A stretch of DNA of 64,000 nucleotides from Phoronis australis. Lineage: Eukaryota; Animalia; Phoronida. The DNA lies in the NCBI GenBank assembly GCA_002633005.1, contig NMRA01000299.1, forward strand, positions 479,108 through 543,107. Reading direction: 5' to 3'. Position 1 is the first letter of the stretch. Each line of letters opens with the position of its first letter. A model generated the notes under the pieces. The model was not told the DNA's origin and did not search any database. It saw nothing but the letters and a program-made list of their open reading frames with translations. A program made the position numbers and the translations under genes. Shown in pieces: positions 59,505 through 64,000 of the stretch.

Positions 59505-62500
59505 CGGCCAGTGGAGTACATTGGAGTCCAATGGAGGCCAGTGGAGGCCAGTGAAGTCCATCGGTGGCCAGCGGAGGCCAGCGGAGGCCAGCGAAGGCCA
59601 GTGAAGACCTTTGCAGGTCAGTGGAGGCCAGTGGAGGTCAGTGGACGCCAGTGGAGGATAGTGCAGGCCAGTGGAAGACAGTGGAGGCCAGTGGAGGCCA
59701 ATGGTGGTCAGTGGAGGCCAGTGGGGGCCAGTGGAGGCCAGTGGAGGCCAGTGAAAGCCAATGAAGTCCATCGGTGGCCAGCGGAGGCCGGTGGAGGCCA
59801 GAGGAGGGCAGTGGAGGCCAGAGGAGGATAGTGGAGGCCAGTGGAAGCCAGTGGAGGCCAGTGGAGGCCAGTGGAGGACAGTGAAAGCCAGTGAAGTCCA
59901 TCGGTGGCCAGCAGAGGCCAGCGGAGGCCAGTGGAGGCCAGTGGAGGACAGTGCATGCCAGCAATGAAAGCCAGTGAAGTCCATCGGTGGCCAGCGGAGG
60001 CCAGTGGGGCCAGTGAAGGCCAGTGGAGGATAGTGGAGGCCAGTGGAGGCCAGTGCAGGCCAGCGGAGCCCAGCGGAAGCAAGCAGGTTCCAGCGGATGC
60101 CACGGAAGACAGTGGAAGACAGTGGAGGACAGTGGAGGCCATGACGGCCAGTGGAGGAAAGTGCAGGCCAGTGGAGGCCAGTGGATGTCAGTGGAGGGCA
60201 GTGGAGGNNNNNNNNNNNNNNNNNNNNNNNCAGTGGAGGCCAGTGGAGGCCAGTGGAGGCCAGTGGAGGCCAGTGGAGGACAGTGAAAGCCAGTGACTTC
60301 CATCGGTGGCCAGCGGAGGCCAGCGGAGGCAAGTGGAGGCCAGTGGAGGACAGTGGATGCCAGTGGAGCGCAATGAAAGCCAGTGACGTCCATCGGTGAC
60401 CAGTGGAGGCCAGTGGAGGCAAGCTTAGGCCAGTGGAGTCCAGTGGAAGCCTGTAAAGACCAGTAAAGGCAGTGAAGGCCAGTGGAAGCCAGTGGAGGTT
60501 AGTTGAGACCATTGGAGACCAGTGAACAGTAGCAAAGGCCAGTGGAGGCCAGAAAAAGCCAGTGGAGGCCAGTGGAGGCCAGTGGTGCCAGNNNNNNNNN
60601 NNNNNNNNNNNNNNNNNNNNNNNNNNNNNNNNNNNNNNNNNNNNNNNNNNNNNNNNNNNNNNNNNNNNNNNNNNNNNNNNNNNNNNNNNNNNNNNNNNNN
60701 NNNNNNNNNNNNNNNNNNNNNNNNNNNNNNNNNNNNNNNNNNNNNNNNNNNNNNNNNNNNNNNNNNNNNNNNNNNNNNNNNNNNNNNNNNNNNNNNNNNN
60801 NNNNNNNNNNNNNNNNNNNNNNNNNNNNNNNNNNNNNNNNNNNNNNNNNNNNNNNNNNNNNNNNNNNNNNNNNNNNNNNNNNNNNNNNNNNNNNNNNNNN
60901 NNNNNNNNNNNNNNNNNNNNNNNNNNNNNNNNNNNNNNNNNNNNNNNNNNNNNNNNNNNNNNNNNNNNNNNNNNNNNNNNNNNNNNNNNNNNNNNNNNNN
61001 NNNNNNNNNNNNNNNNNNNNNNNNNNNNNNNNNNNNNNNNNNNNNNNNNNNNNNNNNNNNNNNNNNNNNNNNNNNNNNNNNNNNNNNNNNNNNNNNNNNN
61101 NNNNNNNNNNNNNNNNNNNNNNNNNNNNNNNNNNNNNNNNNNNNNNNNNNNNNNNNNNNNNNNNNNNNNNNNNNNNNNNNNNNNNNNNNNNNNNNNNNNN
61201 NNNNNNNNNNNNNNNNNNNNNNNNNNNNNNNNNNNNNNNNNNNNNNNNNNNNNNNNNNNNNNNNNNNNNNNNNNNNNNNNNNNNNNNNNNNNNNNNNNNN
61301 NNNNNNNNNNNNNNNNNNNNNNNNNNNNNNNNNNNNNNNNNNNNNNGGCCAGTGGAGGCCAGCGGAGGCCAGAGGAGGGCAGAAGAGGCCAGTGGAGGAT
61401 AGTGGAGTTCAGTGGAAGCCAGTGGAGGCAACCGGAGGCCACTGGAGGCCAGCGAAGGCCAGCGGAGGCCAGCAGAGGCCAGCAGAGGCCAGCGGAGGCT
61501 AGCGGAGGCCAGCGGAGGCCAGCGGAGGCCAGCGAAGGCCAACTGAGGACAGCGGAGGCCAGCGGAGGCCAGCGGAGGCCAGCGGAGGCCAGCGGAGGCC
61601 AGCTGAGGCCCGCGGAGGCCAGCGGAGGCAAGCAGATGCCAGCGGATGCCAGCGGAGTACAGTGGAAGACAATGGAGGACAGTGGAGGCCATGACGGCTA
61701 TTGGAGGCCAGTGGAGGCCAGTGGAGACCAGTGGATGCCATTGGAGGGCAGTGGAGGCCAGTTGATGCCAGTGGAGGCCAGTGGAGGGCAGTGGAGGCCA
61801 GTGGAGGTCTGTGGAGGACAGTGAAGACCTTTGCAAGCCAGTGAAGGCCAGTGGAGGTCAGTGGACGCCAGTGGAGGATAGTGCAGGCCAGAGGAAGCCA
61901 GTGGAGGCCAGTGGAGGCCAGTGGTGGTCAGTGGAAGCCAGTGGGGGCCAGTGGAGGCCAGTGGAGGCCAGTGAAAGCCAGTGAAGTCCATCGGTGGCCA
62001 GCGGAGGCCAGTGGAGGCCAGAGGAGGGCAGTGGAGGCCAGAGGAGGATAGTGGAGGCCATTGGAGACCAGTGAACAGTAGCAAAGACCAGTGGAGGCCA
62101 GAAAAGGCCAGTGGAGGCCAGTGGAGGCCAGTGGTGCCAGTGGTGGCTAGTGGAGGACCGTTTAGGCCGTTGGAGAATACTTGAGGCCACTCGAAGACAG
62201 TGGAGTGCAGTGGAGGCCGGTGATGGTCACTCGACTCCAGTGGAAAGCAGTGGAGGCAACCAGAGACCAGCGGAGGCCAGTGGAGGCCAGCGGAGGCCAG
62301 CGGAGGCCAGCGGAGGCCACCGGAAGCCAACAGAGGCCAGCGGAGTCCGGCGGAGACCGGCGGAGGGAGGCGGAGGCCAGCAGAGGACAGCGGAGGCAAG
62401 CAGTGACCAGTGGAGGCCAGTGAAAGCCAATGAAGTCCATTGGATGCCAGCGGAGGCCAGCAGAGGCCATCGGAGGCCAGCAGAGACCAGCGGAGTCCAG

Positions 62501-64000
62501 CGAAGGCCAGCGGAGGCCAGCGGAGACCAGCGTAAACCAGCGGAGGACAGCGTTGGCCAGCGCAGGCCAACGGAGGCCACTGGTGGCCAGCGGATGCCAG
62601 CGGGTGCCAGTGGAGGACAGTGGAGACCAGTGGAGGCCAGTGGATGCCAGTGGAGGCCAGTGAAAGCCAGAGGACGCCAGTGGAGGCCAGTGGAAGGCAT
62701 TGAATTTCACTGGAGGCCAGTGGGGGCCAGTGGAGGCCCGTTGAGGCCGTGGAGGCCAGCAGAGGTTATTCGTGGCCCTTGGAGGCCAGAGAAGGCCAGT
62801 GGAGGTCATTGCAGGACAGTGGAGGCCAGGGGAGGCCAGGAGAGGNNNNNNNNNNNNNNNNNNNNNNNNNNNNNNNNNNNNNNNNNNNNNNNNNNNNNNN
62901 NNNNNNNNNNNNNNNNNNNNNNNNNNNNNNNNNNNNNNNNNNNNNNNNNNNNNNNNNNNNNNNNNNNNNNNNNNNNNNNNNNNNNNNNNNNNNNNNNNNN
63001 NNNNNNNNNNNNNNNNNNNNNNNNNNNNNNNNNNNNNNNNNNNNNNNNNNNNNNNNNNNNNNNNNNNNNNNNNNNNNNNNNNNNNNNNNNNNNNNNNNNN
63101 NNNNNNNNNNNNNNNNNNNNNNNNNNNNNNNNNNNNNNNNNNNNNNNNNNNNNNNNNNNNNNNNNNNNNNNNNNNNNNNNNNNNNNNNNNNNNNNNNNNN
63201 NNNNNNNNNNNNNNNNNNNNNNNNNNNNNNNNNNNNNNNNNNNNNNNNNNNNNNNNNNNNNNNNNNNNNNNNNNNNNNNNNNNNNNNNNNNNNNNNNNNN
63301 NNNNNNNNNNNNNNNNNNNNNNNNNNNNNNNNNNNNNNNNNGTGGAGGCCAGTGGAGGTCAGTGGAGGCCAGTGCAGGACAGTAGATGCCAGTGGAGGCC
63401 AGAGGACGCCAGTGGAGGCCAGTGGAAGACATTGAATTTCAGTGGAGGCCAGTGGGGGCCAGTGGAGGCCAGTGGAGGCCAGTGGTGGCGAGTGGAGGCC
63501 AGTGGAGGCCAGCGAAAGCCAGTGAATTCCATCTATTTCCCAGCGGATGCCAGCGGAGGCCAGCGGAGGCCAGAGGAGGCCAGAGGAGGGCAGCGGTGGC
63601 CAGCGGAGTCCAGTGGAGGCCAGTGCAGGCCAGTGCAGGCCAGTGCAGGCCAGTGGAGGCCAGCGGAAACCAGCTGAGGCCTGCGGAGGCCACTGGAGGC
63701 CAGCGCAGGCCACCGGATGCCAGCAGGTGAAAGTGGAGGGCAGCGGTGGCCAGCGGAGGCCAGCGGAGGCCAGAGGAGGGCAGCGATGGCCAGCGGAGGC
63801 CAGTGCAGGCCAGTGCAGGCCAGTGGAGGCCAGCGGAAACCCGCGGAGAACAGCGGAGGCCACTGGAGGCCAGCGCAGGCCACCGGATGCCAGCGGGTGC
63901 CAGTGGAGGACAGTGAAGGCCAGTGGAGGCCAGTGGAGGTCCAGTGAAATCAATCGGTGGCCAGCGGGGGCCAGCGGAGGCCAGCCGACGCCAGCAGAGG
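59505..64000. repeat. 10-bp satellite variant, consensus GGAGGCCAGT / GGAGGCCAGC; runs off the window end; several N gaps
   Basis: Abrupt change from CACTG to CAGTG/CAGCG units at ~59505. Confidence 0.97.

Noticed and set aside
47927-64000. Dozens of ORFs encoding EATGGHWRPL / SSGLQWPPVA repeats, suggestive of a repetitive structural protein
   Set aside because: A stop-free 10-bp unit gives the same 10-aa repeat in all frames on each strand. Stops and frame changes are scattered and no frame is preferred, so this is satellite DNA.

Overview
This is AT-rich animal genomic DNA, probably from a marine invertebrate bilaterian (inferred, not proven), from a gapped assembly. One spliced host gene lies on the minus strand: a 353-aa medium-chain dehydrogenase/reductase (MDR, ADH fold) with 7 coding exons (28565->10845) and a probable non-coding first exon near 39.9 kb. 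It has lost most canonical zinc ligands. Nearly everything else is repeats. These include a decayed CR1/L2-group LINE with a 2A 'stop-go' peptide, a Gmr1-type Gypsy element (PR-IN-RT-RH order), a tRNA-derived SINE and several TIR elements/MITEs. Two Helentron/DINE-1-like non-autonomous families carry arrays of CTCF-like and YY1/NRF1/ETS motifs. A >16 kb decamer satellite shows orientation switches. The most intriguing signal is a TIR DNA transposon (37233-39728) that encodes a Spindlin-type (Spin/Ssty) Tudor fragment, a putative H3K4me3 reader, and sits about 165 bp from the host gene's predicted first exon. All homology calls come from motif recognition by eye, not from database searches.
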